DNA from: Candidatus Moraniibacteriota bacterium
GTDB taxonomy: Bacteria; Patescibacteriota; Minisyncoccia; Moranbacterales; UBA1568
Assembly (NCBI GenBank): GCA_963743885.1
Contig: CAVURJ010000001.1
Location: 438,321-502,320 of the forward strand
Direction: 5' to 3'
Length of the DNA stretch: 64,000 nucleotides
A program made the position numbers and the translations under genes. Under the pieces are notes generated by a model, which saw only the letters and a program-made list of their open reading frames with translations, was not told the DNA's origin and did no database searches. Position 1 is the first letter of the stretch; the number at the start of each line of letters is the position of its first letter. Of this stretch, positions 29,786 to 39,040 are shown piece after piece.

Positions 29786-30323
29786 ATGGCTCATCTTGTT
29801 ACGCCGGAAGTGAAATTTCCGATAGACCCGTACATCCCAGACGGTCTGCCGTTCGGCAAGCGTGCCGAGCACAATGGCGTCTTTTGGGGCGTGCATCTGG
29901 GCGAGGATTGTGTCGTACCTGCTGGGACGGATGTTCGGGCGATTGGTCGTGGTAAGGTCGTCTATTCAGCGCTCCATGAAGGGACGGCGGAAAAGGGCAA
30001 TTGGGGGCATATCATGATCATTCGGCATAAGCAGCCGAAGACGAAGCTCGTCTTCTATTCGCTCTACGCGCATCTGGGAAAATGCTTCAGAGAATATTGG
30101 CGATCGGGTAGAGGTGGGGGAGCCGATCGGCTTCGTGGGTGAGGGGGATACCCCGGAGAACGGCTTCTGGCCAGCCCATCTCCATTTCGCTATTTATGCC
30201 GGCCCATGGAAGAATGAGGTGCTTCCTGGCTACTGGAAAGAAGGGGAGAAGCGGACGCGTCCCGAGTGGTGGCGGGTACCGAACGAATTCATCCGCGGGT
30301 ATGGTACATTGACGGGAGAGTGA
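29786..30323 (+). pseudogene. M23 metallopeptidase with a frameshift near 30088
   Basis: HLGED and YAHLG in one frame; IGDRVEVGEPIGFVG...HLHFAI continues in the +1 frame. Confidence 0.75.
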
Positions 30324-30386
30324 TTCCTGGCGTATACTGCACCGCTGGTCCTTTTACAACCTTTTCCGTCCGAAGGAGGGCGAACC

Positions 30387-31079
30387 ATGAAGACAAGTAT
30401 CTTCCCGCCCACTCGTGGCGGGCATTTTTCCTGGTGCACCAGAGTTGATGAGCATCATGGATGTTTCAGCTGCAAATCCCAAGCGTATTTGTTCGCATTC
30501 GGGTTCAGTCTGCTGCTTTTCGTATTCGAGCTGTATGGTGGCCTTGTGACCGGGAGTCTTGGTCTCCTTTCTGACGCATTCCATGTGCTTTTCGATGCAC
30601 TTGGTTATCTGATCGGTCTTGCTGCTGTGCGGCACGGCATGATGGTTGCCGCCGACCATGCGCGCTTCCATGATGTGCAGTCCCGCTACGAAGCGCTCAT
30701 GGGACTCTTCTTGTCCATCGTCGCTTTCTTCATCTTCGAAGAGGCGTATGAGCGGTTCATGATCGGTGTGCCGCCGGAAATCATCGAAATCAGTCTCTTG
30801 TTCTGGGTCGCTTTTGCTGGTCTTATGGGCAATTTGGCTGTACTCCAGATGTTTCGATTGTTCAGCGCTCAGGACAAGATATTGCGCGCCAATATCTGGC
30901 ACACGTTCGGTGATGCGGTATCGTCAGTCTTCGTAGTCTTGAATGCAGCGATTTTCGCGTTTACCACTGATCCGTTCTGGCATTATCTTGATATCGTAGC
31001 CTCAGTCCTCATTGCTTCATTGCTTTTGTGGCAAGCTGTCGGGCTTCTGTCCGGTACTGGTCATACGCACGAGCATTGA
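30387..31079 (+). CDS. Cation diffusion facilitator lacking the C-terminal domain
   Basis: SLGLLSDAFHVLFD; HTFGD; His-rich end. Confidence 0.85.
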   Translation: MKTSIFPPTRGGHFSWCTRVDEHHGCFSCKSQAYLFAFGFSLLLFVFELYGGLVTGSLGLLSDAFHVLFDALGYLIGLAAVRHGMMVAADHARFHDVQSRYEALMGLFLSIVAFFIFEEAYERFMIGVPPEIIEISLLFWVAFAGLMGNLAVLQMFRLFSAQDKILRANIWHTFGDAVSSVFVVLNAAIFAFTTDPFWHYLDIVASVLIASLLLWQAVGLLSGTGHTHEH

Positions 31080-31169
31080 AAAGAGCCCTTCCGGGAAACT
31101 CTCCGGAAGGGCTTCTTCTTTTTGTGGAATTGACCATTACGCGCCTTTCCGGTATAACTGAAAGGTGCT

Positions 31170-31243
31170 GCGCTCGTAGCTCAGTGGATTAGAGCATCTG
31201 GCTTCGAACCAGAGGGTCGGGGGTTCGATCCCCTCCGAGCGCA
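31170..31243 (+). tRNA. tRNA-Arg(UCG)
   Basis: Cloverleaf; tctgg-cTTCGaa-ccaga arm with anticodon TCG. Confidence 0.93.
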
Positions 31244-31550
31244 CAATCGACGAAGGAGATTTGCCTCGGAGCAAGCCAACTGCTTGGCTTGCGCAGGGGA
31301 TCGAAAGCCGGAACGCTGCACGAGTTTCCGCCAGAGGCGGAAGGCGAGTGCCGTGAGGCGGGGTCGCGAAATTTTTCCGTCAGGAAAAATATTCGTGACC
31401 GATCCGCATCCCTCCGAGCGCACAATCGACGAAGGAGATTTGCCTCGGAGCAAGCCAACTCCTGCCTGCCGGTAGGCAGGGCTTGGCTTACGTATCTGAT
31501 TCCCTCTCACCTCGATTCGAGTCGAAGCGGGCCGAGCGCACAATTGACGA
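31231..31550 (+). repeat. tRNA-linked repeat with reiterated tRNA 3' ends
   Basis: ccctccgagcgcacaatcgacgaaggagatttgcctcggagcaagccaact occurs twice (about 31231 and 31410); third ccgagcgcacaa near 31532. Confidence 0.85.
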
Positions 31551-31625
31551 GTTTCTCATTTTTTGGTATCCTATGCGCATTGCTTAGTGAAAGCAATTTT
31601 TGTTGCATATCGCATACAAAATCGA

Positions 31626-31714
31626 GAGTGGATACCTGCCCGAACGTACCGTTCGGTACGGGCGGGGCTCAGTTGGTAGATCCGCCAGCTGGCGGACTCT
31701 CAAGCCAATGGTCG
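31626..31714 (+). pseudogene. Degenerate 5' copy of tRNA-Lys interrupted by two palindromes
   Basis: gagtggata[32 bp]gctcagttggtaga[tccgccagctggcgga]ctctcaagccaatggtcg aligns to the tRNA at 31756. Confidence 0.8.
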
Positions 31715-31755
31715 GCGACCGTTGGGGATAGAGTCTTCGGTTAAAGGATTCAGAT

Positions 31756-31831
31756 GGGTGTATAGCTCAGTTGGTAGAGCAGTGGCCTCTTAAGCCAACG
31801 GTCGCAGGTTCGAATCCTGCTACACCCACCA
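31756..31831 (+). tRNA. tRNA-Lys(CUU)
   Basis: Cloverleaf; anticodon CTT; encoded CCA. Confidence 0.95.
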
Positions 31832-31847
31832 GGAAGAGATTCGGTTT

Positions 31848-31919
31848 GCCCCGATAGCTTAATGGATAAAGCAGGACTCTTCTAAGGTCTTGATGGGGGT
31901 TCGATTCCCTCTCGGGGCA
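31848..31919 (+). tRNA. tRNA-Arg(UCU)
   Basis: gccccga/tcggggc acceptor stem; loop cttctaa. Confidence 0.9.
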
Positions 31920-31935
31920 CAAAAAGAGTACCTCG

Positions 31936-32059
31936 CAGTGGATACCCGCCCGACACGCTTGACGCGAGTCATGCGGGCGGGGAGCGGAGCCTTCTAAGCT
32001 ATTGGTCGTTGGTTCCCCGCCAGAATGACTCTGTCGGGCTGGGATTCCAACCCGGAGCA
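31936..32059 (+). pseudogene. Degenerate tRNA-Arg(UCU)-like sequence with insertions in the D-loop and T-loop
   Basis: cagtggata[37 bp]gagcggagccttctaagctattggtcgttggttc[27 bp]gattccaacccggagca. Confidence 0.7.
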
Positions 32060-32121
32060 CAAATAGCCCGATGAGAACCGATAGGGTTTTCCTTTTAGGG
32101 CACAGTCTTAGAACCTGCTGG

Positions 32122-32196
32122 GGTGGCCATCGTTCAATGGTAGGACAATGGTTTGTGGTACCATGAATCAGGGTTCGATTCCCTGTGGTCACCCCA
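32122..32196 (+). tRNA. tRNA-His(GUG)
   Basis: atggt-ttGTGgt-accat arm; G-1, C discriminator, CCA. Confidence 0.93.
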
Positions 32197-32329
32197 GCGG
32201 GTTTTATGTTGCCTTATATTTTAATGATAGGTCTGCCAGTTGGCGGATTGTAGTTACCCCTGTGGGGGTTTTATTTTGCTTAAAAAAACTCCCGGAAACC
32301 GCGTGGGTTCCGGGATGGCGCCGAGAAGG

Positions 32330-32449
32330 TCAGATGTTGGGTTTGTTGGTGCAGCCTTGCACTGGAATGCCGTTGCTACAGCCGTCGCCGTCGGGGATGA
32401 AGGACTTCTTGCCGCTCTGGTTGCTGATCCAGCTTGGGTCATGTTTCAT
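32330..32449 (-). CDS. 39-aa small protein
   Basis: TTGACA-17-CATACT promoter; AAAGGAG RBS; terminator near 32280-32315. Confidence 0.5.
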   Translation of the reverse strand: MKHDPSWISNQSGKKSFIPDGDGCSNGIPVQGCTNKPNI

Positions 32450-32525
32450 GACGCTCTCCTTTTGCTTGGTTGCGGGTGGAACTACTTCCAGTATGTGCTG
32501 GATAATAGACGATGTCAATCCTGGC

Positions 32526-33815
32526 TTACGGATGGATTGCTTTGTAGGCTTTCCATTCTCTTGCGGACCAATCCTTTGGTTTTTCTGTGAGGATTGTTTC
32601 CTCTCCTGGGTGCGGGAAGAGGCTTGGGGATTTGTAGTTGCTCCAGAAGCTGTCCTTGATGATGGCTTCTCCGGAAGCGTCTGTGACGAGCTGGCTGAAG
32701 ACGGTCTTCATACTGCCGTCTGGGTTGCTCTCGAGGATGTGCGGCCCGTCGACGGTCGTAGTGCGTCCGTCCTTGGTGCCGTAGAAATTGAAGGTGAGCT
32801 CGGTGCCATCGACGACGGGCTGCATGAGGATATAGCCTGGGGTGTTGTTCACAAAGCGCAGGTCGGGCTTGGGGATATAGATAGTCGCATCCATGCCGTA
32901 GGGATAGTAGTAACGGACGGGGTAGGCATGGTTGCGGCGTTCGGCGATCTTGAGGCCGCTGTAAACGGCGGCGCGGAAGACGGTGCTTGAGACCTGGCAG
33001 ATACCACCGCCGAACTCAGGCTGTGTCTTGTTGTCCTTGATGACAAGCTCAGGAAGGTAGCCATGCTCGCCGTCCACTTCACCTAAGACTTCGACGAAGG
33101 AAAAGGTCTTGCCAGGGGCGATGAGGGCGCCGTCGAACTGCTTGAGCGCGTGTTTGATATTGTAGATGCGGTTCTTTGGTGAGCCGCGGAAGTTGGATCG
33201 GCCGCTGCCGACGAGCTCCTTGAGACCCAGGCGTTCGAGGTCGGTGCTCGCGACCGTCGCCGGTACAGTCTCCGTAGGCAGAGCGATCTCCGCTACCGTG
33301 CTGTCTCCGGATTCGATGCTCCGCGCCAGGACTTCGACGCTTTCTTCTTGTGAGAGTTTGAGTCCGACAATCTCCTGTTTCGCGACGGTGATGGCGCCGT
33401 TTTCATCGGCCGAAAAGACGGCGTTTTCCGGGTCGCGGGCGATGCGATCGGCGAGAGCGGAGACGAAGGTTTTGATCGCCTCGCGGTCAGTCGTGCTTTC
33501 GAGACCGATCACGACGTGCGAGCGAACGGATCGGGAGACAGAGAAATCGCAGTAGCTCGGAATGGTCGGACAGTAGTCCGAGTTTTCTATCTCCGAACGG
33601 CGGTTGGTATCGATGGAGAGCGTGGTCTCGAGACGGAGCCAGGAGATGATCGTCTCGCGAGGGATGGTCTCGGTGTAGTCCGAGGCGCGGAGCGTGACGG
33701 AGGAGGGGATGCGACTGGCTGCGTCGGCATGCGCCGGCAGGACAGCGAAAAGTGCCAGCGCGAGAATCGCTGGGCGCATGAGGAGAATCGTTTGTCTGAT
33801 GGATACGTTGGACAT
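32526..33815 (-). CDS. VanW-family protein
   Basis: FGGGICQVSSTVFRA, ERRNHAY, GMDATIY, DLRFVNNT. Confidence 0.92.
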   Translation of the reverse strand: MSNVSIRQTILLMRPAILALALFAVLPAHADAASRIPSSVTLRASDYTETIPRETIISWLRLETTLSIDTNRRSEIENSDYCPTIPSYCDFSVSRSVRSHVVIGLESTTDREAIKTFVSALADRIARDPENAVFSADENGAITVAKQEIVGLKLSQEESVEVLARSIESGDSTVAEIALPTETVPATVASTDLERLGLKELVGSGRSNFRGSPKNRIYNIKHALKQFDGALIAPGKTFSFVEVLGEVDGEHGYLPELVIKDNKTQPEFGGGICQVSSTVFRAAVYSGLKIAERRNHAYPVRYYYPYGMDATIYIPKPDLRFVNNTPGYILMQPVVDGTELTFNFYGTKDGRTTTVDGPHILESNPDGSMKTVFSQLVTDASGEAIIKDSFWSNYKSPSLFPHPGEETILTEKPKDWSAREWKAYKAIHP

Positions 33816-33892
33816 ACTACTGAAGGGGAAAGAAAACCGGCTCCGCAAAACGGAACCGGCATCGAGTATTCCGTCGATCCGGATACGGAGGC

Positions 33893-34429
33893 TTAGAAGC
33901 CGCGCACCTGGATCTTCTTGGTTTTGGTCGTATCGGCCTTCGGAAGGCGAATCGTGAGGATACCGTTCTTGAGGGAAGCGTCGACTTTCTCTGGGACGAC
34001 GTCGACCGGCAGGAGGACGGAGCGGGAGAAACCTCCCCAATAGCACTCCTGGTAGTAGTAGTTGCCGTTCTCGACGACCTCTTCGTTCTTGCGCTCGCCC
34101 TTGATGGTGACCATGTCGTTGTTGATCGAGACATCCAGGTCCTCAGGCTTCACGCCGGCGATGGTCGACTTGATGACGATATCGTTCTCGGTTTGATAGA
34201 CATCAATCGTCAGCTGGCCCTCGGCGCCGTCGCTTTCGCTCTGGAAAGCAGCCGGAGCAGCCCAGGAATCCTGCGTGTGCTGGGGGAAGGCGGGTTCGTT
34301 CATAGGGATGTTTGTTTCTTCTTCGTTATTGTAGATCGGCACGGTCGCTGCTGGCTGGAAATCATCGCTTTCGATGCTTTTGGCGCCGGTGAGACGTTCG
34401 AAGAAGGAATGCTTCTGTTTTGTCACCAT
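33893..34429 (-). CDS. Hsp20 small heat-shock protein
   Basis: IDVYQT...IKGER...FSRSVLLP...NGILTIRLPK. Confidence 0.93.
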   Translation of the reverse strand: MVTKQKHSFFERLTGAKSIESDDFQPAATVPIYNNEEETNIPMNEPAFPQHTQDSWAAPAAFQSESDGAEGQLTIDVYQTENDIVIKSTIAGVKPEDLDVSINNDMVTIKGERKNEEVVENGNYYYQECYWGGFSRSVLLPVDVVPEKVDASLKNGILTIRLPKADTTKTKKIQVRGF

Positions 34430-34513
34430 AGGTTCTGGTTGGTTAGGTTATGTCTCTAGTATAACGGGTATCGTCCAGGGGGGCAATACCTGTTTCGTGC
34501 ACAATAGAGGCTT

Positions 34514-35010
34514 CTAGTAAGCCGGGAAAACGAGGTAAGCGGTGATATTGTAGGCGATATGGACGCCAGCTGCCAGAATGAAGGCGAGCCATGGTCGGAA
34601 GCGGCTGTCCGGGATGAGCGCCGAGGCGGCGAGGAGGAGGCTGGTAATGGTGTGAATAGCGACGATTCCAGTGATCGGAGCAGCCTCGAGCCCGATGGTA
34701 TGCCAGGCTGACCAGGCTTCCGGCAGGGAGAAGCCGAGACCGAAGAAGAGGCCGAGGAGGAGTGCTCCTTTGAGGGCGGGGGCGTTTTCGCGGAGGCGGA
34801 GGACACGGTAGCGGATGAGGAAGAGATATTTCGAGGCTTCCTCGATGAGTGCGCCGAGGAGGAGCGTGGTGAGGATCGTGATCGAGAGACCGCTCTCGGA
34901 AACAGGGAGCGGCGTGACGGAGGAGTTTTCGGAAAAGGTGAACAAGCTGAAGACGAGGAGCTCAGCGATGAGAGCGAAGGCAGCTGCGAGGGCACCGAAA
35001 ACCATTATCA
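34514..35010 (-). CDS. PrsW-family intramembrane metalloprotease
   Basis: IEEASKY, GLGFSLPE, HIAYN; start uncertain. Confidence 0.8.
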
Positions 35011-35045
35011 TAGAGGATGGGTTATGGGGGGAGAGCGTGGATAGA

Positions 35046-35165
35046 TGCCACGTTTCTTTTAATTCTTCCACCCCTCCTTTCTAAGGAGGGGGTAGGGGGA
35101 GGTTAGTGCAAAGATATTTATTAACAAACCCCTCCTTAATCCTCCCCTTGGAAAGGAGAGGAGGA
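35046..35165. repeat. REP-like palindromic pair (CCCCTCC...GGAGGGG type)
   Basis: cccctcctttctaaggagggggtaggggga and inverted cccctccttaatcctccccttggaaaggagagg. Confidence 0.55.
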
Positions 35166-35170
35166 TTATG

Positions 35171-37804
35171 CTACGAGAGCGAGGTGAGATGAGCTTCGAT
35201 ATCAGCGAGCTCTTTTTCAGCAGCGGCGAGCTTTTCGCGTTCAGCTGCTACGACTTCCGGCTTGGCGCGCTCAACGAAGTTTGCATTGCCGAGCTTGGTC
35301 TGAAGTGATGTGATATACTTTTCCTTTTCGGCCTTCTCCTTCTCGAAGCGTTCGCGCTCTTTGGTGGTATCGACGACACCATCGAGATGGAGGAAGACCC
35401 GGAGGAGTCCATATTGAACAAGGACGGAGTTTTCTGGGGCGATACGAGAGGAGTGTTCTTGTAGTTTGCTTATGCGTGCCAGACGTTTGAAGGTTTCTTC
35501 GTTCTTCCCTTCTGTGAGCGCCTTGTATGATCCTCCGTAGGCACTTACGACCATCTTCGTTGCCGGCTCGATGTGGTAGGTGGCGCGGATATTACGGATC
35601 TCGCTGATGAGGCCTTTCACGAGCTCGAAGCGGTTTTCGTTAGCGATTTCTTGATGTGTCTCCGGGAAGGCGGGCCACTTCGCGACCATGAGGAATTCAC
35701 TTCCGTCGAAATGGAAGGTCTGATGGATCGCTTCGGTGACGAAAGGCATGAAGGGGTGCCAGAGCTTGAGGATGATGTCGAAAGCGTACCGCAGGAGCGC
35801 GTCGTTCTTCTCGACCTTGTGGATCTCCACGTACCAGTCGGCGAAATCACCCCAGGTGAATTCGCGGAGTTCTTCGGCAGCGAGCGAGAGCTCGTAGCGA
35901 TCGAGATGGCCGGTAACGCTCTTAGTGACCGTTTCTAGCTTCGCAAGAATCCATCGATCCGCACCCGTCTTCGCTTCTGGTGTTCCCTGTTCGTTGTTCG
36001 TTGTTCCCTGGCTTCCGATATATCGGCCAAGATTCCACAGCTTGTTGGTGAAATTGCGCATCGCGATGATCTTCTCATCGGAGAGCTTCATATCGTTGCC
36101 AGGGGTACTGCCTGAGACGAGTGCCATGCGGAGCGCGTCGGCGCCGTGCTCTTCGGAGACGGTGAGCGGATCGATCACATTACCAAGTGATTTGGACATC
36201 TTGCGACCCTGTTCGTCGCGGACGAGGCCGTGGAGATAGACAGTATCGAAGGGATGTGTGCCGATCAGATATTCTGTCATGAGGATCATGCGGGCCACCC
36301 AGAAGAACAAGATGTCATAGCCGGTCTCAAGGAGCGAGGTCGGATGGAATGCTTTGAGGTCCTTCGCATCAATGTTGGGCCAGCCCAAAGTCGAGAATGT
36401 CCAGAGTCCGGAGGAGAACCAGGTATCGAGCGTGTCGGGATCCTGTGTCCAGTCGTCGCCCTCTGGCGCTTCGATGCCGCAGTAGGTTTCTTCGCCGCGA
36501 TACCATACCGGGATCTGATGACCGAACCAGATCTGGCGCGAGATGCACCAGTCGCGGAGATTGTCGATCCAGTGGAAGTAGGTCTTTCCAAAGCGCTCCG
36601 GCAGGATGGCGACGCGTTTCGATGTCACAGCCTCCTGCATGAGAGTCTTCAGTGTTACGGTGCGACCATCGCGTTCGAATTCCTTGTTCACGCCGACGAA
36701 CCATTGTCGCTTGATCTGTGGCTCGATGACACCCTCGCCGCGGCTGTTGATAGCGATATTGTGGACGTAGCCTTCCTCGATCTTCACGACGAGGCCCTTC
36801 GTTTGTAGCCTCTCGATCATTTTGACACGTGCTTCGGCGATCGGCAGACCGACGAATTCGCCTGCGATCGGCAGGAGCCTGCCGCTTTCGTCGATGATCT
36901 GCTCCCGGTCGAGGCCGTGGCGTTCAGCGATATCAAAGTCGGTGTGGTCGTGCCACGGAGTGATGGTCATGACGCCAGTGCCGAATTCGCGGTCGATGAC
37001 GGCATCCTTCACGATAGTCGCGGTCACGGGACCATTGATCCATTCGAGCTCGATCTGTTGGCCATCCGCGTATTCGGCGTAGCGTTCGTCATCCGGATGC
37101 ATGACGATGTATTTGTCTCCGAATTTGGTCTCGGGACGGGCGGTCGAGATGACGAACGGGCCGTACTGGAGGTAGTAGAAGGGGATCTTCTCTTCTTTCC
37201 ATTCGATTTCGTCGTCGGAGACGGTCGTTTGGAGATTTGGATCCCAATTGACGATGCGGTCGCCGCGATAGATGAGTCCGTCATCATACATCCGCTTGAA
37301 GGCGGTGCGGACGGCGAGATTGCGCTTGTCATCGAGCGTGTAGGCTTCGCGCGACCAGTCGAGGGACGAGCCCATCTTCTTGGTCTGGCGTACGATAGTG
37401 TCATGGCTGTCCTGTGCAAACGCTTCGACGCGCGCGAGGAATGCTTCGCGGCCGAGATCATGGCGGGTCTTGCCCTCTTCCTTCGTGAGGATCTTCTCGA
37501 CTTTGCTCTGCGTCGCGATGGCGGCGTGGTCGGTACCTGGGAGCCAGAGCGTGCGTTCGCCCTTCATGCGGTGGTAGCGGACGACCGCATCCTCGATGGC
37601 GAGCATAGCGGCGTGGCCGGCATGGAGCGTACCAGTAACATTCGGTGGGGGAAGGACGATCGAGAAGTGCGGCGCCTTCTCATCAGCGATACCTTTTTCG
37701 ATGCAGGTGTCAGGATTGAAGAGTCCGCTCTTCTCCCAGTCGGAGTAGAGCCGGTCTTCCCATTCCTGGGCGTTGTAGGCTTTCGGTATTTCCTGGTCGT
37801 TCAT
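35171..37804 (-). CDS. valS: Valine--tRNA ligase
   Basis: PPPNVTGTLHAGH, DWCISRQIWFGH, DTWFSS, KMSKS, C-terminal coiled coil. Confidence 0.97.
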   Translation of the reverse strand: MNDQEIPKAYNAQEWEDRLYSDWEKSGLFNPDTCIEKGIADEKAPHFSIVLPPPNVTGTLHAGHAAMLAIEDAVVRYHRMKGERTLWLPGTDHAAIATQSKVEKILTKEEGKTRHDLGREAFLARVEAFAQDSHDTIVRQTKKMGSSLDWSREAYTLDDKRNLAVRTAFKRMYDDGLIYRGDRIVNWDPNLQTTVSDDEIEWKEEKIPFYYLQYGPFVISTARPETKFGDKYIVMHPDDERYAEYADGQQIELEWINGPVTATIVKDAVIDREFGTGVMTITPWHDHTDFDIAERHGLDREQIIDESGRLLPIAGEFVGLPIAEARVKMIERLQTKGLVVKIEEGYVHNIAINSRGEGVIEPQIKRQWFVGVNKEFERDGRTVTLKTLMQEAVTSKRVAILPERFGKTYFHWIDNLRDWCISRQIWFGHQIPVWYRGEETYCGIEAPEGDDWTQDPDTLDTWFSSGLWTFSTLGWPNIDAKDLKAFHPTSLLETGYDILFFWVARMILMTEYLIGTHPFDTVYLHGLVRDEQGRKMSKSLGNVIDPLTVSEEHGADALRMALVSGSTPGNDMKLSDEKIIAMRNFTNKLWNLGRYIGSQGTTNNEQGTPEAKTGADRWILAKLETVTKSVTGHLDRYELSLAAEELREFTWGDFADWYVEIHKVEKNDALLRYAFDIILKLWHPFMPFVTEAIHQTFHFDGSEFLMVAKWPAFPETHQEIANENRFELVKGLISEIRNIRATYHIEPATKMVVSAYGGSYKALTEGKNEETFKRLARISKLQEHSSRIAPENSVLVQYGLLRVFLHLDGVVDTTKERERFEKEKAEKEKYITSLQTKLGNANFVERAKPEVVAAEREKLAAAEKELADIEAHLTSLS

Positions 37805-37905
37805 ACCCGGTAGTGAAACTTCAATTATTTCTTAATAGGATTTTTATAAGGCGGACTTCAAATAGAGGAAAGCGTGTGCTGTATCGTTGTATCGTGAATG
37901 CTTGA

Positions 37906-38532
37906 TTGAAGTTCTACTACCGGGCATATTCGTATTCCGGTACGCATTATATTGCTCAGGGTATCATGGAAAAGGCTTGTTTTCAAGCCGTGCCGCTTAT
38001 GAGCGTGGGGACAGCGGGGCATGTCGAGACCCGGTATGGACAAGCGTGGCGCGCGCGTGGTATCGTCCAGTGTTGGGATTTTTCCAGCCGCTTTGTTCCT
38101 AGCGAAAAGGGAAGGTTCTTTTGGGAGAGAATGATGTCTGGAGAATATACTGGCCGTATCAGATTCGTTGCTGCGCCGAAAGGACAGGCGCCGCTGTGGG
38201 TGCGGGAAGCCTGGATCGGAGTAACCGTTCCGTGTTCGCCGTTTACCGATACCCCTCCGAGCGGAAGTCTTCGCGGAGTGGAAAATGGTGCGGCAGTCGC
38301 CAGTTACGAGTGCGCGCTCGTCCCGCAGAAGGAAGCGATCGATGCGCTCGAGCAGCACAATGCGGAAGCGGCGAAGTGGTGGCGGCAGAATGGTTTCGGC
38401 TCGGAGTTCGCTCCGGTGTTCGCCTTCAATGCCGAGTCGTTCGAGGTCATCGACGGTGTCCAGAAGGCAGTAATGATTGTCCATGACGATATGGAGACCG
38501 GCCATTGGGAGCCGCATGATTCCGGGCGTTAG
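37906..38532 (+). CDS. Hypothetical protein
   Basis: PKGQAPLWVREAWIG segment; true start may be downstream. Confidence 0.55.
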   Translation: MKFYYRAYSYSGTHYIAQGIMEKACFQAVPLMSVGTAGHVETRYGQAWRARGIVQCWDFSSRFVPSEKGRFFWERMMSGEYTGRIRFVAAPKGQAPLWVREAWIGVTVPCSPFTDTPPSGSLRGVENGAAVASYECALVPQKEAIDALEQHNAEAAKWWRQNGFGSEFAPVFAFNAESFEVIDGVQKAVMIVHDDMETGHWEPHDSGR

Positions 38533-38664
38533 CCAGGACCATCCAAGGCATCCGAAGAAGTAACCAGAACCGCGTAGAGCAATGCTCGGCGGTTCTTTTT
38601 TTAGGAAAAGAAAAAACCGCTGGGCGATACCATGCGGTCGGGTCGGTGGGGTGGAAACGGCGTG

Positions 38665-38940
38665 TCACGGGCGGATGATGACGACCTCGTAGTCGTAAGC
38701 GCATACCAGCCGGTCACCGTCGCGGCGGAGCACGCTTTTTCGGTCGAGCGAGATGATGCCGATTTGGCCATCCTTGGCGGACGGGTCGATCATGACCTGG
38801 TAGAGAGCGTCTCCGGAAACCGCTTCCTCGAAAGAGGTTTCAGCGAAGTGGAATACCTTGCCATCGCCCGCCTTGAGCGAACTCAGGGCGACGGGTTGCG
38901 GTTTGTTCTTCTTGTTTCGAACAGTTACTTTCTGAGGCAT
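38665..38940 (-). CDS. Hypothetical protein
   Basis: AGGAGG RBS; TTGACA-17-TATTCT promoter. Confidence 0.65.
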   Translation of the reverse strand: MPQKVTVRNKKNKPQPVALSSLKAGDGKVFHFAETSFEEAVSGDALYQVMIDPSAKDGQIGIISLDRKSVLRRDGDRLVCAYDYEVVIIRP

Positions 38941-39040
38941 TTGTACATCCTCCTGTAGTGGAATGAACTTGCGAATGAGCCGATTCGCTCATCGGGAGAG
39001 AATAGCTGTTTTAGGCCACTCTGTCAATGCTCGGGGATAC

